A DNA stretch of 64,000 nucleotides from Macrostomum lignano (GCA_002269645.1 NIVC01000620.1:434001-498000), one strand, 5' to 3'; counted from the stretch's first letter, positions 1 through 28,084 are shown. The notes: generated from the letters alone by a model not told the origin. Translations and numbers: made by a program.

Positions 1-900
1 GAAAGGTGAAATGTGTCTGTTTCATAGGGCTTATGTTGTTTGCAGTTCTTGGGCACTCTTCTATCAGGAAGTCAGTTCTCTGACTAGAATCCTTAAATCA
101 AATGGCTATCCATTTGAGTTTGTTAGCCATATTGTTAACAAGTTTGTTTCTGAAAAAGTGTCCAGTGTGCAACATGGGAAAGGTTTGGAGACGGACTCTT
201 TGGTCTCGCTGATGATTTTACCATTTCTTGGATCCGCTTCGATTGATATTAAAAAGAAGTTAAGAGGTTTTTAGACTGCTCAATTGCAAAATTAGAATTG
301 TGTTCAGGACTGAAAAGATTGCGAGCAGACTCAAATCTAGTGTTCCTCTCCTACTTAAGGCTGGTGTCGTCTATCAATTTCAATGCTTTCTGTTGATCAG
401 GGTGTTTCCTATATTGGAAAAACTAAACAGCATCTGCACCAGAGGGTGAGGGAGCACTGGCTTGGGTCTTCGGCCATTAAAGAGCACCTATTCGTGTGCA
501 AGGCATGTTGTGACTGTGAGCCTATGCAGTTGTTCAAGGTGATGGATGGATATAACAATGATAGAAAACTAAAATTGTTGGAGGCTACGTACATTAGGAA
601 GTACAATCCTAGCTTAAACATTCAGCTTGTGAGTAAAGGTATGGAGCAACAACTCAAGAATTTTTTGATCTCGTTGTCCGCGGTGTTGAGGTGGGTGCAC
701 CCTCTTAACTGATTGGTTTGTTAGTTAAAGGTTTACAGCATGTACATGTTTTTTCATTCTTTCTGTTTTTTGTTTGCTCAATTTTTTCAATTTAATTTAA
801 ATACATTCTCATTTGTGTTTTCAATGGTTTGTTTGCCCTGAAGATGTCCACTCTGGATGAAACGCGTCGGCAGTTTAAATAGATTAAATGTTTGTTTTGA
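1..900 (+). mobile_element. Penelope-like retroelement, 3' part (RT C-terminus + GIY-YIG endonuclease), frameshifted remnant
   Basis: Three frames join into a PLE-type protein end: LFHRAYVVCS..LKSNGYP..LPFLG (11-274), then KIRIVFRT..GVVYQFQC, then YIGKTKQHLHQRVREH..SAIKEHL..LLEATYIRKYNPSLNIQ (383-712). At least two frameshifts. Followed by a hammerhead motif typical of PLE termini. The right boundary is approximate. Confidence 0.88.
833..873 (+). ncRNA. Minimal type I hammerhead ribozyme of the Penelope-like element
   Basis: TTGCC-CTGAAGA-T-GTCCA ctc TGGAT-GAAA-CGC-GTC-GGCAG. Core CUGANGA at 838-844, stem II 846-850 paired with 854-858, GAAA at 859-862, palindromic mini stem III, predicted GUC cleavage after 868, stem I 833-837 paired with 869-873. 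Confidence 0.8.
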
Positions 901-2055
901 TGTTTGCTCTTTTGCTAATGCTATATAGAAATTTGTATATACAAAGCTATTTATACTATCAATTATAAGACTTCAAAAATGTGCTAAGTGTATGCCTGAT
1001 CCTAAGTATGGTACTAAAGCTTAAGCCAAGGGTAACTCTTATGTCCATCATGTCAGGTTATTAATAGTTTTTAAACTTATTTTAATATAAAAAAATGTTT
1101 TCTTGTTATACTCATATTTCATTTTTTCATGTAAAAATTACAAACTATTTCATTTCAGTTTCTAGGTGCTAGATCAAAATACAAGGGTAACAATAATCTT
1201 AAATCTTAATGCTTTTTTTAATTATAATTGGTATAGTTCATTTGTTTTTAACTATGTAAACAGATTTTGTTATGTTGACTTTAATTGGATGAAGGTTAAT
1301 ATTTATTTCAAATTTGATTGTTTATAATAATATAGTATACAAAACATATACATATAGATACATTATATTTAACAATGTTTCATATTGGGCTGGTTTTTGC
1401 CACTTTTTAATCCTAGCACAGATTTTGGTAAACTTTTTTACTTTAAGTGCCTGTAGTTAGAGAACCTATGCATGACTGTAGTCTGAAAGGAAGGAAGATA
1501 ATGATAGGAGACAAGATAAAGTAGATAAGAAAAAAGAAGCTATAGAAAGACATACATTAAGCAGAAAAGATTGTTTTTGTGAAATTTAAATGGACCCAAT
1601 GGGCAGATAGAGAGGCTTTGTAGGCAACAAACCAATTTAATGCTAGTTGGTAGCATACATACTTGACTATTCAGAAAAAATAGAAAGTGGACTGTAAACA
1701 TACCTATTTATAAATATCCAGTGTGTTTTGAATTGAATATGAATATCATTTAGGTGTGCTAACATTCTTAATAGTTAAAACTGTTCCTAAAATCATTGCT
1801 GAGTAAATAGGTATCATTTTTTAATAGTTTTTTTTCATAAAATTTGTTACTTTTTTTCCTGGAAGTTTTGGAGTGATCTAATAATCATTTATTCAGCTAA
1901 TTATTAGTCTTTGGCTAACCCATTGGCAGTTTATAAATTAACTATGTCAGACTTTCATAACAAGTTTGTAACTAAGGAATAACATATAAACAACTTGTAA
2001 TAATGTGTAAATGATAGTTAATTGCTATATTTTCTTGTTTGGCACCTTCCATCAG

Positions 2056-17222
<15,167 letters not shown>

Positions 17223-17419
17223 AACGAGAACAGTTGTTAGTCTATCGATATTCTATAGGTTATTTATTGCATGTCAGTTTATATAATTTATCCTAATTCT
17301 TGTCTGTGATGGTTAATTTTTTGTAAATGTTTGAAAATTACTTGTAGTAAATTTTAGGATAGCAATTTGTTTCAAATGTAGCTTGTGTGATTATCTAAGT
17401 AATGGCCATGGGAGCCTAA

Positions 17420-17790
17420 AGAGGGTGATTATCTAAGTGATAAGAGGGTAAAGAGGGTAATTATCCAAGTGATGGGAGGGTAAAGAGGGTAATTATCCAA
17501 GTGATGGGAGGGTAAAGAGGGTAATTATCCAAGTGATGGGAGGGTAAAGAGGGTAATTATCCAAGTGATAGGAGGGTAAAGAGGGTAATTATCCAAGTGA
17601 TGGGAGGGTAAAGAGGGTAATTATCCAAGTGATGGGAGGGTAAAGAGGGTAATTATCCAAGTGATGGAAGGGTAAAGAGGGTGGTTATCTAAATTATGAG
17701 AGGGTAAAGAGGGTGGTTATTTAAATGATAGGAGGGTAAAGAGGGTAGTTATCTGAGTGACGGGAGGGTAAAGAGGGTGATTATCTCAGT
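17420..17790 (+). repeat. 32-bp G-rich minisatellite, about 11 copies, downstream of the flippase stop
   Basis: Unit TTATCCAAGTGATGGGAGGGTAAAGAGGGTAA (period 17461 to 17493). Confidence 0.93.
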
Positions 17791-18224
17791 TTAATTGCAG
17801 TCTTTAAATACTTCTTAGTAACCAGAAATATTTTGCATCCTTTCTCCAGAATGCGAGGTTATGTTTGATTTTTTGGGTATTTGACTTTTTTGGTACAATA
17901 TCTGTCGCTAATTCAATCTGCAATTGTGTTACAGGAAGTTCACTGTTTGTGTAGTTTCCTATTTGCGTAAAAAAAACAAAAAAAGTTGGCATTGGAAAGT
18001 CAGGCATTGTTCATTCAGTGACTCATTTTAGGCATTAAATTCAATTCATTGAAAGTTAATACTATCATTTTGCTGTCATTCAGACTTTAACCACTGTTTG
18101 TTAAAGATTGATCTAGTTTTCTGCATAGCCAGTCAATGGCAGGACCGTTTCGTTAGTAAAAGCTCTGCTATGGAGAATCTTTTTACGGATTTCCTAATGT
18201 AATATGAGTAATGTGTGTCTGCTG

Positions 18225-18281
18225 GCTTGTCTGTCTGTCTTAGTGTCTCTGTCTGTCTGTCTGTCTGTCTATTCTAGTGTC

Positions 18282-18322
<41 letters not shown>

Positions 18323-18325
18323 GTC

Positions 18326-18364
<39 letters not shown>

Positions 18365-18378
18365 GACTGCCTGTCTGA
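18225..18378 (+). repeat. (TCTG)n microsatellite
   Basis: Direct reading. Confidence 0.9.
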
Positions 18379-19099
18379 AGTATACAAATCGATATTCTCA
18401 CTTTAAAATATATATGTCTACTACTTTACTTACAGTAGTGCTTCTCTACATTGACTGCTTTGCTACCTTTTTGTTTATTTTTTCCATTCAAGTCTCTTCT
18501 AGGCTGCACAGGCACGTCAGAATATTGTTTTCTATTTTCTTCAACAAGATTTAAAATAACGAATAGATTGCATCTATGCTACTAGTGCAAGCTAACAAAT
18601 TTTCATTTGTAAGCAGCTTATTTCGCTTGCTTAACATTTCTGCCATTTTTATCCAATTTAGTTTTTTTCTAAGCTTGATAAATAAATATTTCTTATTCAC
18701 ATAATTGCCTCGTCTGTGCACCCGCTTGACTGGCCTATTTAGATAGTGAATTTATTTCCTCTAACGAATTCGAAATTCAATGTTGGCATGCTTTTTTAAT
18801 TAATGATTATGTTGTGTGCTTTTTCAATTCAATTTTTTCTGTTTTTACTGTCTCACGTCACTAATTGTTATCTGTCTTCTGCTTCAAAAAATTATTGTCA
18901 AGAAATATTGCTGCAATTTCTTCTAGAAGCAACCAAAAACGGAACTAAGAATTCAATAAATCAAAGAATTTCACTGCGTTTCATTATTTACTGCCTATAA
19001 ATAATTTGAATGGCTGCCATTTGTATGTTTTTTATTTGGTTCCCAGATACATAGATAGATAGATAGATACATACATACATACATACATAGATACATAGT

Positions 19100-19300
19100 A
19101 GATAGCGAGAAAGAGCGAGCGAAGCGAGCTCTTTCGAGCTTGCTTGCCGCAGCCAATCAAGCTGAATGCACGCACACAAGATCACCGGAAACGATTAAGG
19201 CAGCTGGAAAGCCAATGGGCGCGGTAAGCGCTTTTATCCAGAGGAACTACCTGCTGGAACCAGCCATGCCGAACGAAAATCAGACTACTCAAGTAGTGCA
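19100..19300 (+). promoter_or_regulatory. Possible promoter / 5' UTR island of NCKX paralog 1
   Basis: GC-richer unique island between GATA tracts, with two GCCAAT (CCAAT-box-like) motifs and a donor-like GCG|GTAAGC. It lies about 0.9 kb upstream of the ATG at 20117. Inference only. Confidence 0.3.
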
Positions 19301-19310
19301 AAAGAGTGCA

Positions 19311-19626
<316 letters not shown>

Positions 19627-20116
19627 CTATATGAGATTTCGTGACCTTCTGGCCCATGCGGCGCACACAGACCCAAAGCATAGTATGGCAATCACAGCTG
19701 AAAGTGGAATTCGTGTCGCAGTTCTAAAAGTGCCGGCAGTCCGCAGTTCAGGGCTCACTAAAGTCTCACGTGCACACAAAGCGCCAAAAAGAGCTGGCTT
19801 CAAAACACTGGCTACTTGTTCATTCAATGACGTTTCAAATCTAGATAGCTGTTTTTATGAAAGTTCAGTAGCAGTGAAATTTCTTATCAAGATTCTGTCA
19901 GGCGCTTTTAAGCAATATAAAAAAGCTAAACTACCAGGTGAAAGGAGACCGGTGAATCTGTTGAAGAATTTTCATAACTCCACTGGCTAGAAACAGTCGC
20001 CAACTTGTTAAAGATTGAAGCCCTATCAATGATAGTTAATGGGAAGAGTTCGTTTGTGACTTTGAGTAGAGCAATAATTATTAGTAATTGTACGAGTTTT
20101 TACGGCCGCTTAAGGA

Positions 20117-23100
20117 ATGAGCTCATGCTCAGACTGGAGAAATATTCGACTGGCAGCCTTGCTTCTAGCACTGCTGGGTTGCGTCGTGTTTACTGCCTCT
20201 GTGGCTGGATTCAACTACAGGTGGCATGCGAGTAACACGGATGAAGATGGGAGTCTGCACAACTCAGCTTTCGGTGGCCAAAGTGAGTTAATTGCATCTG
20301 GTGCTTTGTATGGGTTTGAATGTGGCTCGATAGGAGTACATGTCTAACAAGTGCATGTAGGGGTGTCCGTGTCTAACGGGTAGGGGTGTCCGTGTCTTAC
20401 AGGTAGGGGTGTCCGTGTCTAACAGGTAGGGGTGTCCATGTCTAACAGGTAGGGCCTGTCCGTGTCTAACAGGTAGGGCCTGTCCGTGTCTAACAGGTAG
20501 GGCCTGTCCGTGTCTAACGGGTAGGGGTGTCCGTGTCTAACGGGTAGGGGTGTCCGTGTCTAACAGGTAGGGGTGTCCGTGTCTTACAGGTAGGGGTGTC
20601 CGTGTCTTACAGGTAGGGGTGTCCGTGTCTAACAGGTAGGGCCTGTCCGTGTCTAACAGGTAGGGCCTGTCCGTGTCTAACAGGTAGGGCCTGTCCGTGT
20701 CTAACGGGTAGGGGTGTCCGTGTCTAACGGGTAGGGGTGTCCGTGTCTAACAGGTAGGGGTGTCCGTGTCTTACAGGTAGGGGTGTCCGTGTCTTACAGG
20801 TAGGGGTGTCCGTGTCTTACAGGTAGGGGTGTCCGTGTCTAACGAATGCGACTTTCAAGCAACCTGTAAAGCCATCCCAACTCGCCTGGGCTGCAGGTGA
20901 AACATCCGCGGTGCATCCGGGCAATGCAATCGCCGATCCCATGCAAGCCATCAACAGCTCCGAGAGCTGCACACCGCGCACTGTGGAGGCCTACCCGCCA
21001 GACCTGTTCACTTTGGCGCAGAAGCAGAGCGGCGCCATTCTCATTCACGCTTTTGTCTCGGCTTGGCTGTTTGTTGCTTTGGCGATCGTGTGCGACAATT
21101 ATTTTTTGGCTTCACTGGAAGTTGTTTGTGAAAGTGAGTGCTGGCACAGGTGCTCAACTGGGTTGTCACAGGTGCTCAACTGGGTTGTCACAGGTTCTCA
21201 ACTGGGTTGTCACAGGTGCTCAACTGGGTTGTCACAGGTGCTCAACTGGGTTGTCACAGGTTCTCAACTGGGTTGTCACAGGTGCTCAACTGGGTTGTCA
21301 CATGTGCTCAACTGGGTTGTCACAGGTGCTCAACTGGGTTGTCACAGGTGCTCAACTGGGTTGTCACAGGTGCTCAACTGGGTTGTCACAGGTGCTCAAC
21401 TGGTTTGTCACAGGTTCTCAACTGGGTTGTCACAGGTGCTCAACTGGGTTGTCACAGGTGCTCAACTGGGTTGTCACATGTTCTCAACTGGGTTGTCACA
21501 TGTTCTCAACTGGGTTGTCACATGTTCTCAACTGGGTTGTCACAGGTGCTCAACTTGGGTGTTACAGGTGCTCAACTTGGGTGTTACAGGTGCTCAACTG
21601 GGGTGTTACTGGTGCTTAGGTACCTGTACCTGGATGTGCCTGCACCTGTCCAACCCTAACCTTGATCTTGTCAATCACCTGCTATTTCGATCGCAGAGCT
21701 TCACCTGAAGCCGGACGTCGCCGGCGCCACCTTCATGGCTGCTGGCAGCTCAGCACCGGAGATGCTGGCTTCGGTCATTGGCGTCTTCATCGCCCAGAGC
21801 GACGTCGGTGTGAGCACCATAGTGGGCAGCGCCATCTTCAACAACCTGATGATTGTCAGTCTGTGCGGCTTGGCCGCCACCAGCGCTGTCTACCTGTCCT
21901 GGTGGCCGCTGTTTCGAGACTGCGGCTTCTACTGCATAAGTGTGGCCGCTATGATTGCTGTGATCTTCGACGGGATTGTCAACTGGTGAGCTTCATTTTC
22001 TTGCATTTTGTTTGTTTGAAAGACCTGCTGCTATTACAGTATGTGCCTGTCTGGCGATTAAAATGAATGGGAAGGGGCCATGGCGTTTCATTCACGATAT
22101 ACTCGTACCTTCCCTCCAGAAGCTGCGCCTTGAAACCAAAGAAACTACAGGTAGTTGCTAATAATAATATAAAAATAATTGATTACACCTGCCCTAATAA
22201 GCAGATGTGCAACCGACAGCTCAGCCGCAGCTATTGCACGGCGCATCTGAAGGCTGCGTACGGCTGTTCAGTCCAAGGACTGGGGGGGGAGTCGCCACAC
22301 ACACCCTCAATTTCCCCAGCTAATGCTGGCACCCATTCTACAGCTGGGTGAACTGAAGCAGTGCAGAGTTAAGGGTCACGAATCAAGGACACAAATTCAA
22401 GTCGTGAGTTCGACGCTCTAACCACTAGGCTAAAACCTCTTCCACACTATTGTCACACTCTCCCTGTCACCCTCCTTGTCACACTCTCCTTGCCACACTC
22501 CTTGTCACATTCCCTGTCACACTCCTTGTCACACTCCCTCTCACACTCCTTGTCACACTCCCTGTCACACTCCTTGTCACACTCCTTGTCACACTCCTTG
22601 TCACACTCCCTGTCACACTCCTTGTCACACTCCTTGTCACACTCCTTGTCACACTCCCTGTCACACTCCTTGTCATACTCCCTGTCACACTCCTTGTCAC
22701 ACTCCCTGTCACACTCCTTGTCATACTCCCTGTCACACTCCTTGTCACACTCCCTGTCACACTCCTTGTCATACTCCCTGTCACACTCCTTGTCACACTC
22801 CCTGTCACACTCCTTGTCATACTCCCTGTCACACTCCTTGTCACACTCCCTGTCACACTCCTTGTCATACTCCCTGTCACACTCCTTGTCATACTCCCTG
22901 TCACACTCCTTGTCACACTCCCTGTCACACTCCTTGTCATACTCCCTGTCACACTCCTTGTCACACTCCCTGTCACACTCCTTGTCATACTCCCTGTCAC
23001 ACTCCTTGTCACACTCCCTGTCACACTCCTTGTCACACTCCCTGTCACACTCCTTGTCACACTCCCTGTCACACTCCTTGTCATACTCTCCCTGTCTTAC

Positions 23101-26100
23101 TTGACTTACTTGACTCAGCTGCAGGGCTGTCCAGGGGGGACACAGCGGGAAGGCGCGAGCGCCCATTCCGCTAATCCCTGAACGGCCGACGCGTCGCTAT
23201 GGACGAAGGGTTGGCGCCGCCCAGGGAGGTCCCCCAGTGTCGCCAGCAGCTATAGTGCTCTCTGGAACAGAGAGTTCAGCCCTGCGGGTGGCCTGGAGGT
23301 TGCGCATGAGCTGATTAAAGTTTTCGGGTACTCTCCCTGTCACTCTCCCCTTGTCACACTCCCTGTCACACTCTCCCAGTCCCAGTACACGCCCATCTAG
23401 GTGGTATTCCTAGATATGAGTATCCAGGAACAGGTTGTGGCCTGGCTAACTCAATACTACTGTTTGATTCTCGCAACCCATCAAGGTACGAGTCTGTCAT
23501 CCAGCTAGCTCTATTCGCTCTATACATCGTGGTGATGGCCTTCAACAATCGAATCGACGCTGCAATCTCCAAGCGCTATCCTCGGCTCGGCACGGGGGGC
23601 GCGCAGCGATTCTACGACCAGAGTAGACAGCAGACGGACGACTCAAGTCGGGTGATGGACGACGACGAGCTGGCTGAGACGGTTGCCGGGCAGCAGCAAC
23701 AGCAGCAAATTGAAATCTGGACGTTTGAGACTGGCGGCAGACCGCAGGTGCTCGCTGGCAGTCAAGACGATGAAGAGCTGGATGTGGTTTGTGAGTTTGA
23801 GTTGGTTTGTTCCTGGCCAAAATAGTGATGCTAGTATTTTTTGTACACAAGCCTCTAATGAATGTGGTTGCTTACGGAATTGTAAAATGTCGGAATGAGT
23901 GACTTGGTTGTCTGTCTGACTCTCGACAATGTCATTTCTTGCGTTCAATCCCGTGAATGATCTAGTTACCTTGGATTTGTCCTTCTCCAAGGTGCTCAAC
24001 TGGGTTGTCACAGGTGCTCAACTGGGTTGTCACAGGTGCTCAACTGGGTTGTCACAGGTGCTCAACTGGGTTGTCACAGGTGCTCAACTGGGTTGTCACA
24101 GGTGCTCAACTGGTTTGTCACAGGTGCTCAACTGGGTTGTCACAAGTGCTCAACTGGGTTGTCACAGGTGCTCAACTGTGTTGTCACAGGTGCTCAACTG
24201 GTTTGTCACAGGTGCTCAACTGGGTTGTCACAAGTGCTCAACTGGGTTGTCACAGGTGCTCAACTGGGTTGTCACATGTGCTCAACTGGGTTGTCACAAG
24301 TGCTCAACTGGGTTGTCACAAGTGCTCAACTGGGTTGTCACAGCTGCTCAACTGGTTTGTCACAGGTGCTCAACTGGGTTGTCACAAGTGCTCAACTGGG
24401 TTGTCACAAGTGCTCAACTGGGTTGTCACAGGTGCTCAACTGTGTTGTCACAGGTGCTCAACTGGGTTGTCACAGGTGCTCAACTGGGTTGTCACAGGTG
24501 CTCAACTGTGTTGTCACAGGTGCTCAACTGGGTTGTCACAGGTGCTCAACTGGGTTGTCACAGGTGCTCAACTTGGTTGTCACAGGTGCTCAACTGGGTT
24601 GTCACAGGTGCTCAACTGGGTTGTCACAGGTGCTCAACTGGGTGTTGTCCTTTTCGCATGTGACGGGGACCAACGTCCAATGTAGGTAGACGGCTGCTTT
24701 ACACCCTGACTGAGTGCCTAAGTATCCGCCTGCGTGTCCGTGATCGGGGGTCACTACTTGACTCCTCGCTTGATGTGGGTGGGTCCAAGCTCGATTGAAA
24801 GCAACTGCCGCTAAAATTATCAATGCATATCAATGAAGATGTCGATCTGAAACCTCCATGCGCACGCACCCACCGACAGTAGTCAACCAAGGCCCCGAGT
24901 CGCCATTCCAACCGCCAGTCGGGCTGCTCCGACGGGTTTACTGGTTAATCGGGTTGCCATGGACAACGGCATTCTATTTAACCATACCAGACTGTCGGAA
25001 ACCCGGCATCTGGCGCCGACTGTTTGTCCTCACCTTCCTAGCCAGCGTGCTGTGGGTCTCGGGCCTGATCTACATGCTGGTGTGGATGGTCTGTGCCGTA
25101 GGCGACGCCATGGGCATCCCGGACACTGTGATGGGGCTGACGCTTCTGTCTATTGGCACCTGCATTCCGGACGCTCTGGCTGGGATTTTTGTGACTAGAA
25201 GTGGTGAGTTTTTGTTAAAATAATCTAAGATTAAAAGTCGTAGAATTTCATTCGGGTCTTTTCTTCCTAAAACTATGTTGCACAAATTTCATTTGGTGTG
25301 GTGCCATCTAATTTGATGAGGTGCCATTTCATTTGGTGTGGTGCCATTTTATTTGATGAGGCGCCATTTCATTTGATTAACAAAAAATGAAACGATTGCT
25401 CATACTCTGTTTTGCACAAGACATTGAACTACAAACAGTTGAAATGTCTAAGATAAAATTGCGAAAATGGGTCTGGCACAAAATTTGCGTCGAACTCCCA
25501 ACTTAGGGCGACTTGGAGGACGACATATTAACAGCCTTCATTCCATCGAGCTTTAGAGGTTATTTGACCTTTTATGACTGTTCGTAGTTGTTAACCATTG
25601 TCCTTGGTTTTTCTTCACTAGCTCAAACCATGACACCATGAATGCTAGGCCACTCTTGTGACATCTCGTGACGCAACCAGCTCTGAGGCAATTCTGCTGA
25701 GATACTCTCACACGGGGTGTACATTGGCGCTGACTTTCTAATCGTCAGGCATGTGCACTCTCTGTGCCCTAGGGGGGGGGTAGGCCCTGATGCATGTGAA
25801 GGAAATCTAAAATTCACCTACCGATTCGTGTGCAGGTCTGGCAGACATGGCCATCGCTAACAGCATCGCCAGCAACGTGTTCGACATCACGGCTTGCCTC
25901 GGCCTGCCCTGGTTCATCAGCACGGCCCTGCTGAACCCCGGCAGCACAGTCACCATCAGCTCCAGCGGTCTGACCTACACGGCTATCACTTTGCTGGTTA
26001 CTATCGTGTTCCTTCTAGTAGCAACACATGCCAATCGAATGAGGGTAGATAAGAAATTAGGATTCATCTTCTTGTTTGTTTATGTTGCCATAGTGACCGC

Positions 26101-26170
26101 TGCGTGTTTGTACGAGACTAACGTTTTTGGATCGTTCAATCCGGAGCCCTGCCCAAGACAAAGAATTTAG
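20117..26170 (+). CDS. SLC24A: K+-dependent Na+/Ca2+ exchanger (NCKX/SLC24 family), paralog 1
   Basis: Exons 20117-20282, 20897-21133, 21697-21985, 23486-23790, 24880-25203, 25836-26170 (551 aa; phases 1,1,2,1,1). Motifs: YPPDLFT, DVAGATFMAAGSSAPE, GSAIFN, PLFRD, IPDCRK, GIPDTVMGLT..GTCIPD, DMAIANSIASNVFDI, GLPW. The exon 1 and exon 5 boundaries are less certain. Confidence 0.93.
20355..20842 (+). repeat. 23/24-bp minisatellite, about 20 copies, NCKX-1 intron 1
   Basis: Unit AGGTAGGGGTGTCCGTGTCTAAC. Confidence 0.95.
21145..21610 (+). repeat. 22-bp minisatellite, NCKX-1 intron 2
   Basis: Unit CACAGGTGCTCAACTGGGTTGT. Confidence 0.97.
22450..23095 (+). repeat. 12-bp minisatellite, about 53 copies, NCKX-1 intron 3
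   Basis: Unit CACACTCCTTGT / CACACTCCCTGT. It is the source of the CHTP and ECDK ORFs. Confidence 0.97.
23988..24645 (+). repeat. 22-bp minisatellite (same family as 21145-21610), NCKX-1 intron 4
   Basis: Unit CACAGGTGCTCAACTGGGTTGT, about 29 copies. Confidence 0.97.
25286..25452 (+). mobile_element. Short copy of a minisatellite-bearing dispersed element (about 4-5 units + unique tail)
   Basis: CATTTCATTTG(A/G)TG(A/T)GGTGC units followed by a tail TTAACAAAAA..AAACGATTGCTCATACTCTGTTTTGCACAAGACATTGAA..AAATGTCTAAG that is nearly identical to 28008-28084. Confidence 0.7.
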
Positions 26171-26438
26171 CTAAAAGCAACCTAATTGCATACGTACTAC
26201 GAGCTACTTACAAGTAATAAGAAACGAATACCACATTTGCCGATATTATTAGAAGGTAGTTGATTTTTTGAAAGTACGAGTACAAAGCGCTGTCACGCTA
26301 AAATATTGAATAAATCGAAAATACGATTATAATCAGTTGATTTCCTAATTTGAGTAAAGCTTCTTATTTTTATCTGTAAAATGACTGTACTAACATACAA
26401 ACGATGAGAGAGATTAAATAAAAAAATTCATTCATAAT

Positions 26439-26735
26439 GGTTGGCCGTGGCCCAGTGGTCTGGCGTGGCGCTCTCGTGTGCCAGCGGCCCAAGCTCGATT
26501 CCAAGTGCAGTCACATTAATTTTGAAGGCTAAATTGGAATTTCGGCTTGGCTCTGCTCGTGAAATTAACGGCCTTGAAGGCCAACCCCCCAAGGCACAGT
26601 GAAGTGTACATGCCTAACGATAAATAAAGTTAGGGCCGCTGTACACTCCTGTGTGAGTGTGTGCCTGTACGTATGACTGCGTACGTATCCGCGCGCTTGT
26701 GTGCCTGCTCAGGGGAGTCGGCGCAATGATGGGCA
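26439..26735 (+). mobile_element. tRNA-headed SINE, copy 1 (3' end not recognised)
   Basis: A-box-like TGGCCCAGTGG, B-box-like GCTCGATTCC. The body matches 33818-34175. Confidence 0.8.
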
Positions 26736-26834
26736 GTATCTGTTCTTTGATAAAGTGCAAGTTCCTAACTTGCTGCTTTTGCATAGGATTGCAAAGGATT
26801 CCGTCTTGAAGTTTTTATCGTTAAAGAAATCCCA

Positions 26835-28084
26835 CCATTTCATTTTAGAGGCGCCATTCATTCATTTGATGAGGTGCCATTTCATTTAATGTGGTGCCAT
26901 TTTATTTGATTTGGTGCCATTTCATTTGGTGAGGCGCCATTTCATTTGATGAGGTGCCATTCCATTTGATGAGGTGCCATTTCATTTGATGAGGTGCCAT
27001 TTCATTTGATGAGGTGCCATTTCATTTGATGAGGTGCCATTTCATTTGATGAGGCACCATTTCATTTGATGAGGTGCCATTTCATTTGATGAGGTGCCAT
27101 TTCATTTGATGAGGTGCCATTCCATTTGATGAGGCACCATTTCATTTGATGAGGTGCCATTTCATTTGATGAGGCACCATTTCATTTGATGAGGTGCCAT
27201 TTCATTTGATGAGGTGCCATTTCATTTGATGAGGTGCCATTCCATTTGATGAGGCACCATTTCATTTGATGAAGTGCCATTCCATTTGATGAGGCACCAT
27301 TTCATTTAATGAGGTGCCATTTCATTTGATGAGGTGCCATTTCATTTGATGAGGTGCCATTCCATTTGATGAGGCACCATTTCATTTGATGAGGTGCCAT
27401 TCCATTTGATGAGGCACCATTTCATTTAATGAGGTGCCATTTCATTTAATGAGGTGCCATTTCATTTGATGAGGTGCCATTTCATTTGATGAGGTACCAT
27501 TTCATTTGATGAGGTGCCATTTCATTTGATGTAGTACCATTTCATTTGATGTGGTGCCATTTTATTTGATTTGGTGCCATTTCATTTGGTGAGGCGCCAT
27601 TTCATTTGATGAGGTGCCATCTAATTTGATGAGGTGCCATTTCATTTGATGAGGTGCCATCTAATTTGATGAGGTGCCATTTCATTTGATGAGGTGCCAT
27701 CTAATTTGATGAGGTGCCATTTCATTTGATGAGGTGCCATCTAATTTGATGAGGTGCCATTTCATTTGATGAGGTGCCATCTAATTTGATGAGGTGCCAT
27801 TTCATTTGATGAGGTGCCATCTAATTTGATGAGGTGCCATTTCATTTGATGAGGCGCCATCTAATTTGATGAGGTGCCATTTCATTTGATGAGGTGCCAT
27901 CTAATTTGATGAGGTGCCATTTCATTTGATGAGGTGCCATCTAATTTGATGAGGTGCCATTTCATTTGATGAGGCGCCATTCCATTTCATGAGGCGCCAT
28001 TCCATTTGATTAACAAAAATTAAACGATTGCTCATACTCTGTTTTGCACAAGACATTGAATTACAAACAGTTAAAATGTCTAAG
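26835..28084 (+). repeat. 20-bp minisatellite, about 58 copies, plus a tail shared with 25286-25452
   Basis: Unit CATTTCATTTGATGAGGTGC. The 3' part alternates with a CATCTAATTTG variant, giving a 40-bp higher-order period. Confidence 0.96.

Noticed and set aside
22450-23181. CHTP, ECDK and SHSL periodic ORFs that look metal-binding
   Set aside because: A 12-bp repeat open in most frames inside an NCKX intron; no sign of codon-level selection.
23121-23285. GCAGGGCTG...CAGCCCTGC inverted repeat (hAT-like MITE)
   Set aside because: Only 9 bp, with no target duplication and no second copy in the window.
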